A DNA stretch of 64,000 nucleotides from a bacterium (GCA_965200245.1 CBDATS010000008.1:224001-288000); one strand, 5' to 3'; shown: positions 20,897 to 31,147, counted from the stretch's first letter. The notes: a model not told the origin generated them from the letters alone. Translations and numbers: made by a program.

Positions 20897-21790
20897 ATGT
20901 CGCCGATAGCGAAAGTCGATGGTTACGTCTATTATCCGGGGAGCCAGACGCGTATCGACGCCATGCGCCCCGCCGATCCGGAGAAAACCCCTTGGACGCC
21001 GTTGCCGAAGCCGCTCTCTGAATGTAAGGTCACCCTCGTTTCCACGGCAGGTATACTCATGAAGGGAGATGTCTCCTTCGACTACGAGCGTGAGTGGCGC
21101 GAGCCGCACTGGGGGGACCCCACCCACCGCGAGATTCCCAAAACGGCCGCTCAGGATGATTGCGAATACTCGCACCTGCACATCAATACCGAGTATTTGA
21201 AAAAAGACAGAAACGTGGCGTTCCCGGTGGATATTTTCTTGGGCTACGAGCGCGAAGGGAAAATCGGCGCGCTGGCCGACACCCTCTACTCCACGATGGG
21301 CTATACGCCCAACTTCCATCCCCTGCTCAAGAAGACGGCTCCTCTCATGGCTGAGAAGATGCATTCAGAAGGCGTGGATGCTGCGTTACTCATCCCCGTC
21401 TGACCGCTTTGCATGCGGTCCGTGAGCCTGCTGCAAAGAAAACTTGAAGAATTGGGAATTGCCACCGTCTCGATATGCAACCAGCCGGAAGTCTCGGAGA
21501 AGGTCTGCGTGCCGAGAGCGGTCTTTATCCAGTATCCCTTCGGGCGCATGCTGGGAGACGTGGGTGACAGAGGCGGCCAGCGCGCGGTTTGCGATGACAT
21601 GTGCGCACATTTGCAAGAAGCCACCGGTCCGAACGCTTACCGGCATCTCTCGCACGAGTGGCCCGAACCGCCCGAGGAAACCCAGTGGAAACCGCTTACG
21701 CCAGCACCCATGCATGTCCTGCGTAACAACGGCACGGCGCCCAAAGGACTCGCCCACTATCAAGACGATGAGCGCCCTGATTTGACTTAA
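20897..21790 (+). CDS. PrdB/GrdB-family selenoprotein (Sec at TGA 21401-21403, UPLC)
   Basis: ORFs 20897-21403 and 21413-21790 are in one frame, joined by TGA-CCG-CTT-TGC; TPWTPLPKPLSECKVTLVSTAG, DRNVAFP, VDAALLIPV-U-PLC..EELGIATV..VPRA..PFG match the reductase selenoprotein B family. Confidence 0.88.
21407..21438 (+). promoter_or_regulatory. Candidate bacterial SECIS hairpin
   Basis: CTTTGCA (21407-13) pairs with TGCAAAG (21432-38); inner stem with a GUG-containing loop about 18 nt after UGA. Confidence 0.6.
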
Positions 21791-21853
21791 GCGTTCCGTA
21801 TCGGTTCCGGCGCGGACCATGTTGTAAGGGCAGGTTGTGAACTGTCTCTATGA

Positions 21854-22189
21854 CTAGAACAAACGACCGCCGATGCGCGCGCCCTTGTCGTCGGGTGCGA
21901 TGAGCACTACCTCGCCCCGCTCATCCGGAACACCGAGAGTCAGGACTTCGGACATGAACGGCCCGATCTGTCTCGGCGGAAAGTTCACCACGGCGAGTAC
22001 GAGTTTTCCTTCGAGTTCTTCTTTCGTGTAGAGCGCGACAATCTGCGCGGAGGATTTCCTGATTCCCAACTCTTCGCCGAAATCGATCCAAAGCTTATAG
22101 GCCGGTTTTCTCGCCTCGGGAAAATCCGCCGCCTTAATGACGCGCCCCAGGCGGACATCCAGCTTGTCGAAATCCTCCATCGTCGCCAC
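21854..22189 (-). CDS. csaA: CsaA tRNA-binding/export chaperone
   Basis: FPEARKPAYKLWIDFG, SSAQI, VVNFPPRQIGPFMSEVLTLG. Confidence 0.93.
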   Translation of the reverse strand: MATMEDFDKLDVRLGRVIKAADFPEARKPAYKLWIDFGEELGIRKSSAQIVALYTKEELEGKLVLAVVNFPPRQIGPFMSEVLTLGVPDERGEVVLIAPDDKGARIGGRLF

Positions 22190-22231
22190 TTTCGTTTTTC
22201 TCCTTGGTCGTCGTGTGTCGGAGTACTCTGG

Positions 22232-23125
22232 TTAATCTATTGGCTCTCCTTGTGTTCTTTCCATCTCCAGAATTTCTGCGCGCAACTTTTGCGTGATGGG
22301 GCCGGGGGCGGGAATGCTCCGCCCGTCCACCTCGGCTACCGCGTGCACCCGGCTGAAGGATGAGGTGAGAAAACATTCATCCGCCGTGTAGAGGTCATAG
22401 AGCGTTAGGTCGGCCTCTTCTGCAGGGAGCCCCACTTCGGAGGCGATTTCGAGCACGACTTTTCGGGTGATTCCGTCGAGCACGTTGTGAGCCTTGGGCG
22501 TCTTGAGCATGCCGTCTTTTCCGATGAAGATGTTTTCTCCTGGCGCTTCCGCCACGAAGCCACGAATGTCGAGCAGAATCGCCTCATCGAAACCCGATTC
22601 CACGGCTTCTATTCTTGCCATTACGTTGTTCAGGTAGTTGAGCGATTTCACGCGCGCCTCGAAGGATTCCGAGGGTACCTTGCGAACGCCCGCCGTCTTG
22701 AGGCGAAGGCCCGCTCCCTTCGCCCTGTAGCTCGAACCTGTTTCCGCCGGCGGTGCAGGGTCGTGCAAAAGCACGGCGAGCGTCGCTTTCTCCGTCACTC
22801 TCGGGTCGAGCAGGGGATAACCTGCACCGCGTGAAATGACGACGCGAAGATACACGTCATCCACGCCGGAGCGCTGGACGCATTCCTTAACGACGCCTGC
22901 GATTCGTTCGCGCGATTCGGGCAGTTCCAGCTTAAGGGCGCGCGCCGAGCGTTCCATGCGGTCCAGGTGATCCTGAAACCGGAAGATGCGCCGGTTCGTC
23001 ACCGTCATCGACTCGAACAGGCCGTCCCCGTAGAGAAACCCGTGGTCGAAGGCGGAAACCTTGGCCTCATCTGTTACGGTAAATTTGCCGTTCACGTAGC
23101 AGATATAGGACACGGTGTTACCCAT
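22232..23125 (-). CDS. Class IV aminotransferase (IlvE-like)
   Basis: DHGFLYGDGLFE, KSLNYLNN, EAPGENIF, LDGITR. Confidence 0.9.
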   Translation of the reverse strand: MGNTVSYICYVNGKFTVTDEAKVSAFDHGFLYGDGLFESMTVTNRRIFRFQDHLDRMERSARALKLELPESRERIAGVVKECVQRSGVDDVYLRVVISRGAGYPLLDPRVTEKATLAVLLHDPAPPAETGSSYRAKGAGLRLKTAGVRKVPSESFEARVKSLNYLNNVMARIEAVESGFDEAILLDIRGFVAEAPGENIFIGKDGMLKTPKAHNVLDGITRKVVLEIASEVGLPAEEADLTLYDLYTADECFLTSSFSRVHAVAEVDGRSIPAPGPITQKLRAEILEMERTQGEPID

Positions 23126-24014
23126 CCCTTTTCGCGACTTCAAGAATAGCGGCGGCGAAAGTTTCCGGCTTCTCTCGCTGGACGAAGTGCCCAGCGCCCT
23201 CCACCAGAACCCTATGGTATCCACCGGTGAAATACTGCTCTTTACCCTCGGAACTCTCCGGCCGTGACGCCCCGTCCTCGGCACCTTGAATAAGAACTGT
23301 CGGCACCGATATGTCCGGCAGGCCCGTCATGAAGCTTTCCGCGTCCTCATACCTGGGATCGGGCGTTTCATACCCCCAGCGGTAGCGATAGGAGTGCAGC
23401 ACGACCTCCACGAAGTCCGGGTTTTCGAAAGAACGCGCGGTGGCTGCATATTCCGCATCTGAAAAATCCCAGCCCGGCGACCATGTCCTCCAGAGTTCGC
23501 GGCAAAAACCGGCGGCATCCTCCTCAAGCGCATCGCGGCCCCTGTCGGTGCAGAAAAACCACTGGTACCAGTATGCGCGCACCTGATCGATCGGCATCCG
23601 CTGCTGGGGGCGTCCCGTGCCGTAGCCTGCGGGACTTACGATGAGAGCATTCAGACGCTTGGGACGCATGGCGGCTACGCAGTAAGAAGCCCGTGCGCCC
23701 CAGTCGTGCCCCACGAGGGTGAAGCGATCGAGTTCCAGCGCGTCGGCGAAAGCGGTGATGTCGGAGGCAAGCGCCGTGTACTGTGCGCTTCTCGGTGTGG
23801 TGGGATCAAGGAAACGCGTAGGGCCGAATCCCCGCACATAGGGACAAAGCGTCCTGAAGCCCGCGTCGTTCAAGATGGGAGTGATGCGGTCCCACGTCCG
23901 AATGTCGTCCGGGAAGCCGTGCACCAGAATGGCGGGCGAGGCTGTCTCGTCGCCCACCTCTTCATAGCCGATTTCGAGCGCAGGAATCTGAATCGATTTG
24001 AGCGCACCTGGCAT
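23118..24014 (-). CDS. Alpha/beta hydrolase (epoxide hydrolase-like)
   Basis: HGFPD, GHDWGA, GAGHFVQREKP. Confidence 0.9.
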   Translation of the reverse strand: MPGALKSIQIPALEIGYEEVGDETASPAILVHGFPDDIRTWDRITPILNDAGFRTLCPYVRGFGPTRFLDPTTPRSAQYTALASDITAFADALELDRFTLVGHDWGARASYCVAAMRPKRLNALIVSPAGYGTGRPQQRMPIDQVRAYWYQWFFCTDRGRDALEEDAAGFCRELWRTWSPGWDFSDAEYAATARSFENPDFVEVVLHSYRYRWGYETPDPRYEDAESFMTGLPDISVPTVLIQGAEDGASRPESSEGKEQYFTGGYHRVLVEGAGHFVQREKPETFAAAILEVAKRDG

Positions 24015-24034
24015 CTCGGTTTTTCAACCCTCAC

Positions 24035-24778
24035 TCAGATTGCGCACCAACCGTCGTCCACGATCAGGTCGAGGCCGTGCACCGCGCTTGCGTCGTCAGA
24101 CGCAAGGAACAACGCAGCACCTGCCATCTCCGCCGTGGTGATATAGGCCCGGCCTGTGGGCGTGTAGCTCGCCATGAGCTTCACGAATTCCGGGTCGTCC
24201 TGCAGGTGCTGGTTGAGTGGCGTGGCCGTGTTGCCCGGCGAGATGCAGTTCACGTTGATGCCGCACTTGGATATCTCCGCCGCCAGTGCGCGCGTGATCA
24301 TGTAGACCCCGCCCTTGCTCGCGCAGTAGGGGACCGCGTTGGGAAAGGCATGCGTCGCGGCGATGGAGGCCATAAAGATGATCTTTCCGTATTTCTTCTC
24401 TTTCATGATGGGCACGATGGCCTGCGAGAGCAGGAAATTGCCTTTGAGGTTGATGTCGATGATGTCGTCCCATTCCTGTTCGCTGTAACCCTCGAGTTCC
24501 TTGTTGATCATGATGCCGTGGTTACCGACAAGTATGTCTACAGTACCGAACGTGCTCACCACGTCCGCCACCATAACGTCAACCGCCGACTTGACCGACA
24601 CATCGCACGGAAACGCCTGGGCCGTATCGCCTATCTCCGCCGCCAGAGCTTCTCCTTTTTCCGCCGTGCGGTTCACGATGGCGACCCTCGCGCCTTCTTC
24701 CGCGAAGCGGCGGCAGATAGCCTCGCCGATTCCCTGCGAGCCGCCCGTGACGATGGCGACCTTGTCCTTTAGCTTCAT
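24035..24778 (-). CDS. SDR family oxidoreductase
   Basis: TGGSQGIG, YCASKGG, VNCISPG; GGAGG RBS. Confidence 0.93.
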   Translation of the reverse strand: MKLKDKVAIVTGGSQGIGEAICRRFAEEGARVAIVNRTAEKGEALAAEIGDTAQAFPCDVSVKSAVDVMVADVVSTFGTVDILVGNHGIMINKELEGYSEQEWDDIIDINLKGNFLLSQAIVPIMKEKKYGKIIFMASIAATHAFPNAVPYCASKGGVYMITRALAAEISKCGINVNCISPGNTATPLNQHLQDDPEFVKLMASYTPTGRAYITTAEMAGAALFLASDDASAVHGLDLIVDDGWCAI

Positions 24779-25074
24779 GGGCGTCACCTCCCTTAACGCA
24801 ACGAAAAAAGAAAAAATATTTACCGCTCATGATACCGCCGTTTTGGTAGAGAGGAAAGAGGTGCCTCTGGAGGGGTGGGATTTTTGGGATGGAGATAAAC
24901 TGAATTTTGGAAAGTCTCTTTTTGGAGGCACTATTCATATATATGCCACTAAAAAAAGGATTAAATACTTTTTAATTACAGCAAAATGTATCTTGTGACA
25001 TTTATTTTTAGGACATATATTGATTGTATTGGTGTTTCGATTTGGTGAAGGCGAGCATTGAAGGAGGTATTGGT

Positions 25075-26061
25075 ATGAGGACCGTGCATCCGGAAACTTT
25101 GAAAATCTTGCGTAAGAAGATGGGCTTGAGTCAGGAGGGGTTGGCAGAGGCATCGAAGGTCTCGAAAAAGACGATTGCCCGCATTGAAACCAGAAAAGGA
25201 GGGAAAACGCGGGCAAGTACAGTGGATGAACTTGCCAAGGCTCTGCGCGTCAAGCCCGAAAAATTGGGAAAGGAACCAGACCACGAAGCGATGCATAATG
25301 AGGAACTCCGAATAAAGTATGGTTGGGGCGTAGTAAACATTAGGCTCGATGGTGAAACCCTGATCGCTTACGACTTGGTAGCGGCACAGTATGGGGTTCA
25401 CATGCTGAACGTCATCAATGCGGCGCCGTTGCTCTTCACACTTCTTGCGGAGATGAGCTTGGCCGAACGCCGCCGCCGCTCTCAAGAAGTAAAGCTGGCT
25501 TTGGAAGACTTTTCGCCAGCTCTTGTGGAGTTCTATTCAAACACCGACAAATATCTTGAAGATTATATTACCGAGTATGAGGACAGTACCAGTTTCGATG
25601 TCGTCATGCCTGCTCTGCTCGACGATTTACAGCGCTCGGGTTTAAATCGTCGTTTCGACCTGTTTTCGTATGGCATGGACGGAATGTTTGAAAATTATAT
25701 TGAAGGCAACCCTTTTGAGAATTTCTTAAAGCGATTAGCCAAGGAAGTGGGTTCCAACAATGACGCGCTTAATCCCGAAGAAATCGAGTTCGACCTCAAT
25801 ACCTATCATAGTAGCACCTCTCTTTTTGCAACATTTCGAAAAAACCTCACAGGCCGTTCTAGGCGTGCTGATTTCGCATTGTCCAGAGGATATGTCCGCA
25901 TCCATCAAATTCCCAAAGATCTATTAGGCGATGACGCCGAGCCCGAGCGCGTGAAATGGCTGGAGGCAAAAGTGCCTGATGGAGATTGGGATGAATATGA
26001 GAAAGTGAAGACAGTTATCGATACCCTTAGATCTCGTATGAAAGGAGACGGAAATGTTTGA
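25075..26061 (+). CDS. XRE-family HTH protein with large C-terminal domain
   Basis: LKILRKKMGLSQEGLAEASKVSKKTIARIE; AAGGAGG RBS; lower GC. Confidence 0.85.
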   Translation: MRTVHPETLKILRKKMGLSQEGLAEASKVSKKTIARIETRKGGKTRASTVDELAKALRVKPEKLGKEPDHEAMHNEELRIKYGWGVVNIRLDGETLIAYDLVAAQYGVHMLNVINAAPLLFTLLAEMSLAERRRRSQEVKLALEDFSPALVEFYSNTDKYLEDYITEYEDSTSFDVVMPALLDDLQRSGLNRRFDLFSYGMDGMFENYIEGNPFENFLKRLAKEVGSNNDALNPEEIEFDLNTYHSSTSLFATFRKNLTGRSRRADFALSRGYVRIHQIPKDLLGDDAEPERVKWLEAKVPDGDWDEYEKVKTVIDTLRSRMKGDGNV

Positions 26062-26422
26062 ATACGAGATATCCAAACATGCTATGACCCGCATGAGCCA
26101 GCGAGGGGTTCAGGATGAGGACATCGAGTTGGTCCTGATGTGCGGGACGCAAATCGGCCCCGACGAGTGGCTAATGAAGCAGAAGGATGCGAATCGCGAA
26201 ATCGCCAAACGTGAGCGCGTGATCCAGCGGCTGAAAAAGGAATTTTCAAGGGTGCGGGCCATAGATCGCCGGATTGTCGATATCAAGCGCGAGATACAGA
26301 AGATTGAAAGGCTGAGCCGCAAGCAACTCAAAGTCGTCACTATAGGCGGCATGATTCTCACCTGCTATTCGTCCAGCCGCGCGGACCTGAGGCGGACGCT
26401 GTTCAGAAGGAGGGCTTCGTAA
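26054..26422 (+). CDS. DUF4258-like protein (possible toxin/RNase) with coiled-coil insert
   Basis: ISKHAMTRMSQRGV..IELVL..G pattern, C-terminal VV..ILTCY. Confidence 0.6.
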   Translation: MFEYEISKHAMTRMSQRGVQDEDIELVLMCGTQIGPDEWLMKQKDANREIAKRERVIQRLKKEFSRVRAIDRRIVDIKREIQKIERLSRKQLKVVTIGGMILTCYSSSRADLRRTLFRRRAS

Positions 26423-26619
26423 TGGCTGTGAAAACACTATTGGTGATAACTCTATTAGCAGTTGGTGCACTGTTCAATGAAATGCTAATGACCTTCATCA
26501 TTCAGGCAGTCGTCGGTATCCTTTGCGCTGTCGGAGTGTTCGCCGCTCTAGCTATCCTTCAAGTTGTTGCGGACTGGAGTTATAAGTACTTCAGAGGTAA
26601 GGAGTACGAAAGGAGATAG
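26422..26619 (+). CDS. Small two-TM membrane protein
   Basis: Hydrophobic 65 aa, TAATG coupling to the upstream gene. Confidence 0.55.
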   Translation: MAVKTLLVITLLAVGALFNEMLMTFIIQAVVGILCAVGVFAALAILQVVADWSYKYFRGKEYERR

Positions 26620-26727
26620 AAGGTTAACTCCACCCTTTCCAGAAATTGTAACGAGTGGCTCTTAAAACTACATGTTGACTCCAGTGAATGGAGTTTCTAA
26701 TTCTCGTTTGCTTTTCACAGAGAGAAA

Positions 26728-27219
26728 ATGTTCGTGCCCCTCAGCGAAGAGACGGTCGCCGAGCTTGTGAAGCGGCGGAAATCGCCAGAAGAGTCCCTGG
26801 ACCATATCATATCGAGGCTTCTTGCGAATTCGGAACCGGAAGAAGCCGTGGAAGCGGTTACGCCTCCGCCTTCCCGGAAACTGCGCCTTGTCGAGAAATA
26901 CACGGTCGAGATCCTTGACTATCCGGTTGGGGCAAACAGCCTCGGCAAGCTGCAGGCAAACGTGGTTGATGCGGTTTGTGAACTCGACCCCGATGTGGTG
27001 GAGAGGTTGGCGACCATGAAGGCGCGGGAACGGAGATATGTGGCGCGATCGCGCGATGGTGTTCACCTGAGCAGCCCGCACCTTCCAGTGCTCAGGACGC
27101 ATTCGGGATGGTACGTAAGCAAGAATGTTGGCCGAGAGGACGTAAAGCGCTTTCTCAAGGCGTTGTGTGTGGCCACGGGCCTTGAATTTGGCACCGACAT
27201 CCGTTTCGGTACAATCTAG
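26728..27219 (+). CDS. SeqA-like DNA-binding protein (RHH-like N-terminus + SeqA_C-like domain)
   Basis: ESLDHIISRLL resembles SeqA ESASDILRRML; RRYVARS..GWYVSKN..LC..TGLEFG resembles SeqA_C-like domains. Confidence 0.5.
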   Translation: MFVPLSEETVAELVKRRKSPEESLDHIISRLLANSEPEEAVEAVTPPPSRKLRLVEKYTVEILDYPVGANSLGKLQANVVDAVCELDPDVVERLATMKARERRYVARSRDGVHLSSPHLPVLRTHSGWYVSKNVGREDVKRFLKALCVATGLEFGTDIRFGTI

Positions 27220-27266
27220 GATTGGATTCAGGGAGGGTATCTCACGCGGCGTTCGAGGATATTCCC

Positions 27267-29069
27267 CTAGGCTCCCCTCAACTCTTCGCGGCGAGCCACC
27301 GTGGCCACATCGTCCACCTCGCCGTTCTCGTTGAGGGCGACGCCGTAGATATCGAAGGCGCGCTCTTTGGTGATCCACTTCTCCTCCACATCCTCGCGCA
27401 CCTTCTCAACGGGCCTCTCGTGCGGCGGGCCGTAACCGCCCCCGCCCGTGCAGTAAGACGCCACGTTCTCGCCGGGTTTCAGGATGATGTCCGCACAGGC
27501 GGGGAGATCTTCCAGTGAGCCGTCCTCGCGCATGAGGAAGTTCTGGCAGACAGCTCCGTTCAGCCCGCCCAGGGTTCCCTTCGAGGCGTTTATCGCGCCG
27601 TCCGACACGTAGACGACTTCGAGGTTTCCCCCGCCCACGGGGCCGTATTCGCAATAGCCTGAAGGCGCGCCTGTCGTCCTGCCGGCGCCCTCGGTGTCGG
27701 GCATGAGACGTCTCGTCTTGATGTAGATGGGGAAGTGAAGTTCGTCCAGTTCGATGCTGTCCACGAAGCACATGCCCGCGTTGCCCGCGTGGAGGATGGT
27801 GAGCCAGGCGTCGGTCTTGCCGGCGCCCGCGCCGCCGGTAACCATCAGAAAGAGATGGTTCACGAAGGGTTCGTTGTCGTTTCTCGGGTCGAAGCCCGAG
27901 ATGACGCCCATCGAGGCAGGAAAAATCGGCCCGCATTCCGCGAGGCCGATGCCGTCCTGAATCTTCGAGAACGCGCGCTGCACGGGATTCGTCACGCGGT
28001 CGGCGAGGTTGGTGGTGGCCACGGACATCGAAGTGGGGTGCTTGCCGCCTCCCGCAACGGAACCCTCTCGAATCAGTACGTTGATACGCCGGAAACTGCC
28101 CGCGTTCGTGGGCACGATATCGTCGATGCTGTTGAACACACCTATCATCGCGCCGGTGCGCGCGCAGGCCTCGCTCAGGTTCAAGCCACAGGGCATGGCG
28201 TCCGGATTGTCGCGCAAGTCCACCTCGATGGTGGCCTTCTTGTTGTCGATCCGCACGTGCGCGGCAATGGGAATTCCCTCTTCCGGCGTACCGGGCACGG
28301 GATCGTGCGTGCTGTGGGCAGTGGCCTCGCCAGTGGGGAGTTTTTTGATGGCGGAGATCATGAGCTTCTCGCTGTAGTCGAACCATTCTTTCGAGAAATC
28401 GTGAAGCGTCTCCCAGCCGTATTCATCCCCCATGGCGAGTACCTCGCGCTCGCCGATTCGGGCAGCGCCGATCATGGCGAGGTAATCGCCGTACCACTGC
28501 TCGGGCACGCGGATGCGCATCCGGCAGAAGTTGATGAAGTCCTCGTTGTCCTTGCAGTTCTCCTGTACCTTGGTGGGCGGGAAGATGAGTGCACCTTCTT
28601 CATACACGTCGCGCGCGTGGCCCATGTAGGTTGTGGGTTGACTGCATCCGCAATCCGCTTGGTGAGCCTTCACCCACACGGTGAACTGATGTTCTCCCTT
28701 CTTGTCGATGACGGGCACGAGGATGGTATGATCCGCCGGGTGCGAGCAGCCGTGGTAGGGCGAGTTGTGAAGATACGCATCGCCGCGTTTCAGGTTGGGG
28801 TGCAGGTCCATCATTGAGCGGGCCATCAGGTCCGCCCCGCTCAGGTGGTGAATGGGCAGGGATTCCGCACCCGTTAGCAGTTCACATTCGCGCGTCACGA
28901 CAGAAGTGGAAAAATCGCGTGCCAGGTTCAGCACACCGGAACGGCCCGTACGCAGGAGCGTGTTCGCCATTTTGGTGGTCACGGCGTCGAAGCGCTTGTG
29001 CAGTACCGCGAGGGTGATGGGGTCTAATTTCGGTTTTCGTTTCGCGCGTCTCGTTTTTGCTCTCGCCAT
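27267..29069 (-). CDS. Hydantoinase B/oxoprolinase family protein
   Basis: LDPITLAV, ARDFS, NSPYHGCSHPAD, KAHQADCG, TGGGGYGPP. Confidence 0.92.
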   Translation of the reverse strand: MARAKTRRAKRKPKLDPITLAVLHKRFDAVTTKMANTLLRTGRSGVLNLARDFSTSVVTRECELLTGAESLPIHHLSGADLMARSMMDLHPNLKRGDAYLHNSPYHGCSHPADHTILVPVIDKKGEHQFTVWVKAHQADCGCSQPTTYMGHARDVYEEGALIFPPTKVQENCKDNEDFINFCRMRIRVPEQWYGDYLAMIGAARIGEREVLAMGDEYGWETLHDFSKEWFDYSEKLMISAIKKLPTGEATAHSTHDPVPGTPEEGIPIAAHVRIDNKKATIEVDLRDNPDAMPCGLNLSEACARTGAMIGVFNSIDDIVPTNAGSFRRINVLIREGSVAGGGKHPTSMSVATTNLADRVTNPVQRAFSKIQDGIGLAECGPIFPASMGVISGFDPRNDNEPFVNHLFLMVTGGAGAGKTDAWLTILHAGNAGMCFVDSIELDELHFPIYIKTRRLMPDTEGAGRTTGAPSGYCEYGPVGGGNLEVVYVSDGAINASKGTLGGLNGAVCQNFLMREDGSLEDLPACADIILKPGENVASYCTGGGGYGPPHERPVEKVREDVEEKWITKERAFDIYGVALNENGEVDDVATVARREELRGA

Positions 29070-29080
29070 ATCCTGTGCTC

Positions 29081-31147
29081 CTAGAGCGTGATGAACAGAC
29101 TGCCGCTTTCCGTGCGCTTGGCCTTGGCGCCGGGGTCGATGACCACCGTCGTGAACGGAGACTCGATGATGGCCGGTCCGCGCATCACCTCTCCCCGTTT
29201 CATGGAATCGAACGCCGCCACACGCGCGTTCACGAGTCCCTTGCTTGGGAAGTAGGCCTTTCGCCTTTTGGGGAGCGTTGTTTCGTGAATCGCCTCGCGG
29301 ACGAGTCTGCCGAAGTGGCCCTCCCTCAGCTTGCACCGCGCCACGGCGCGCCAGCCGACGAACTCGACTTCAGAAGAAGGATCACGGAAGGCAAAGACCT
29401 CCTCGTGCACGTCATCGAACGTCGCCCGAGTGCGTGCCACGTCTTTTTTCGAGCGAAAGCGTTTGATGGGAAGCCCCAGGTCGATTTCCCATATCTGGTG
29501 CTTGTAGCGTGCCTCAACGTAGAATTCCGTCGCGCTCTCCACCGCGCCCTTGCCGGGTCCGCGAATGAAAGCGCGGCAACGCTCGCCGAGCGATTTCAGT
29601 GTCGCGTTAGCGCCACTGAAGTCAAAACGGTCCGTCACGGTGAAGAACATCGAACGGTAATCGGCGTGCAGGTCGCTCATCATCGCACCCGCGGCGGAAA
29701 GCGCGGCGCCCACTTCAGGGATGACGAGGCCCTGGCAACCCAACCGCTTGGCGATGGCGACCGAGTTCAGGCCTGCCGCGCCGCCTCCGCCGATCAATAC
29801 CGCGCCTCTGGGGTCGATTCCCTGGTGGATGGTGATCTCCTCGATCGCACCAACCATGTTCTCCGTCGCGAGACGCAGGATGGCCGAAGCCGCCTCTTGA
29901 AGAGAAAGCCCGAGTGGATCGGCCACATTTTGGGAGATTGCCTTCTCGGCTTCGGCGGGGTTGAGCGTCATTGCCCCGCCGAGGAAATAATCGGGGTCGA
30001 TGTGGCCGAGGACCAAAGAGGCGTCCGTCAAGGTGGGCCGCGTTCCACCCCGGCCATAGCAGGCGGGTCCCGGTTCAGCACCCGCGCTCTGCGGCCCCAC
30101 GTGAAGGAGTCCGCCCTCATCCACCCAGGCGATGCTGCCACCGCCTGCGCCGATACTCTTCACGTCCACGGACGGGAATCCCAGTATGTGGCCCCGGTAA
30201 CGCTGGCCGAGCCAGGTTTCCGGCGTCATGGGTATCTCACCCCGGCGCACGAGGCTCACGTCGTAGGTGGTGCCGCCCGTATCAGCCACAATCGCCGTAG
30301 CCGCCTTGGCGTCGATCTGTGAGAAGTGCCTGCCCGCGATAGGCGCCATCGAAGGCCCCGAACCTACCGAGTGGATGGGTGCTTGGGCGAGTTCTCCTGC
30401 GTCCATCACGCCACCTTTGGAAGTAAGCATCAGGAGCCGACCGGAGAATCCCGCCACCTTGAGCCGTTCCTGAAGGCCGCCGATGTAGCGCGACATCAGG
30501 GGTTTCAGGGAGGCGTCGATGCAGGCGGAAGACGCCCGGCGGTACTCGCGAAGAATCGGGTTCAGAACGTGCGAGAGGGTGAAGGGCACGCCATTCAGGT
30601 GTTTTTCAAGCAGGCGCCCCACACCGATCTCATGCACCGGGTTCACGGTGGACCACAGCAGGGAGACGGCCACCGCCTCCACTTCCTTTTCTTTTAGCGC
30701 TTTGATGATTCCGAGAACTCCCGTTTCGTCGAGTGGTTCGTACACGCTGCCGTCAGCACCGATGCGTTCTGGCACCTCGTAGGTGAGCGCTCGCGGAATG
30801 TAGGGCTTGGGGAATGGCACCAAAAAGTTGAACGGCTCCATGCGCCCGCCCTCGCGCAGCACGAGAATGTCGGGGTGCCCTTTGGTAGTCAGAAAAGCGG
30901 TTCTGGCCGTGTTGCCCGTCACAATGGCGTTGGTGGCGTGGGTGGTGCCGTGGATGAAGAGTTCGCCCTGGGCGAGGAGTTTCTCGGTGCTCGTCGAGAG
31001 CGCCTCGGCCGCCGCCTCTATCGCTGCGAGAATACCCTCCACGGGATCCTGCGGCGTCGTGGGGGCCTTGAACATGTGGAGGCGGCCCCCCTTGTCCTCA
31101 AGTACCAAGTCGGTGAAGGTCCCGCCCGTATCGACTGCGAATCGCAT
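29081..31147 (-). CDS. Hydantoinase A/oxoprolinase family protein
   Basis: DTGGTFTD, HGTTHATNA, SIGAGGGSIA, GPACYGRGG. Confidence 0.94.
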   Translation of the reverse strand: MRFAVDTGGTFTDLVLEDKGGRLHMFKAPTTPQDPVEGILAAIEAAAEALSTSTEKLLAQGELFIHGTTHATNAIVTGNTARTAFLTTKGHPDILVLREGGRMEPFNFLVPFPKPYIPRALTYEVPERIGADGSVYEPLDETGVLGIIKALKEKEVEAVAVSLLWSTVNPVHEIGVGRLLEKHLNGVPFTLSHVLNPILREYRRASSACIDASLKPLMSRYIGGLQERLKVAGFSGRLLMLTSKGGVMDAGELAQAPIHSVGSGPSMAPIAGRHFSQIDAKAATAIVADTGGTTYDVSLVRRGEIPMTPETWLGQRYRGHILGFPSVDVKSIGAGGGSIAWVDEGGLLHVGPQSAGAEPGPACYGRGGTRPTLTDASLVLGHIDPDYFLGGAMTLNPAEAEKAISQNVADPLGLSLQEAASAILRLATENMVGAIEEITIHQGIDPRGAVLIGGGGAAGLNSVAIAKRLGCQGLVIPEVGAALSAAGAMMSDLHADYRSMFFTVTDRFDFSGANATLKSLGERCRAFIRGPGKGAVESATEFYVEARYKHQIWEIDLGLPIKRFRSKKDVARTRATFDDVHEEVFAFRDPSSEVEFVGWRAVARCKLREGHFGRLVREAIHETTLPKRRKAYFPSKGLVNARVAAFDSMKRGEVMRGPAIIESPFTTVVIDPGAKAKRTESGSLFITL

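Noticed and set aside
29057-30322. 421-aa plus-strand ORF and other long antisense ORFs (27735-28817, 1996-3045, 47302-48228)
   Set aside because: Shadow frames of well-supported genes in GC-rich DNA, with no recognisable motifs
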